DNA of 40,606 nt, from IMG/VR virus record IMGVR_UViG_3300046747_000228. One strand, given 5' to 3'. Positions 40,517 through 40,606 of this stretch are shown here, in pieces. A program made the position numbers and the translations under genes. The notes beneath the pieces were generated by a model. It was not told where the DNA came from. It did no database searches and saw nothing but the letters and a program-made list of their open reading frames with translations. The stretch is from a virus. How positions within the stretch are numbered: position 1 is the stretch's first letter; every line of letters starts with the position of its first letter.

Positions 40517-40606
40517 GCCGTCACCCCCCGCGGCAACACGAGCCCGGTACCGGTCGTCGTCGTACCGTCCGGGTTAGGAGTCGGGGCGCCGGGGGCGCCG
40601 GCCGCC
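40480..40606. repeat. Terminal direct repeat, right copy (identical to 1-127)
   Basis: See the left copy. Confidence 0.9.

Overview
The window is a complete genome of about 40.5 kb from a high-GC (actinobacterial-type) siphovirus-like dsDNA phage. It is circularly permuted: bases 1-127 are repeated exactly at 40480-40606, so this is an assembly overlap and the unique length is about 40,479 bp. Nearly all coding is on the minus strand.

A late operon starts at the small terminase (4778) and wraps through the window ends. Its order is:
- small terminase, three small Cys-rich ORFs, large terminase, portal, a 93-aa ORF, a MuF-like protein, scaffold and major capsid;
- a 111-aa protein, a DUF4082 repeat protein, the connector and the adaptor;
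- an inserted cassette of FkbM methyltransferase, GT2, one opposite-strand ORF, a second GT-like protein and a 149-aa ORF;
- an HK97 gp10-like protein, tail terminator, tail tube, G/G-T chaperones with an AAATTTC -1 slip site, tape measure, a 1041-aa minor tail protein and a Gly-rich tail protein;
- an endolysin-like protein and three coupled membrane proteins.

The leftward early and replication genes run from 15981 down to 4975. They include an RHH-like protein, a prim-pol/P-loop protein, an SF2 helicase, many small ORFs and an HNH endonuclease next to a probable cos region. A rightward early arm (16095-21321) carries a RecB/Cas4-like nuclease, a Q/A/P-repeat protein and RusA. A divergent accessory pair (21318-22636) encodes a holin-like protein and a secreted neprosin-like protein.

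I saw no tRNA, rRNA, CRISPR array, integrase or transposase. The non-coding highlights are a CCTGCTAGG(T/A)T element at every operon start, a duplicated promoter/leader module, and an AT-rich TGCCGAC iteron cluster at the 3' end of the primase gene. All protein family calls come from motif recognition by eye; no database search was possible.
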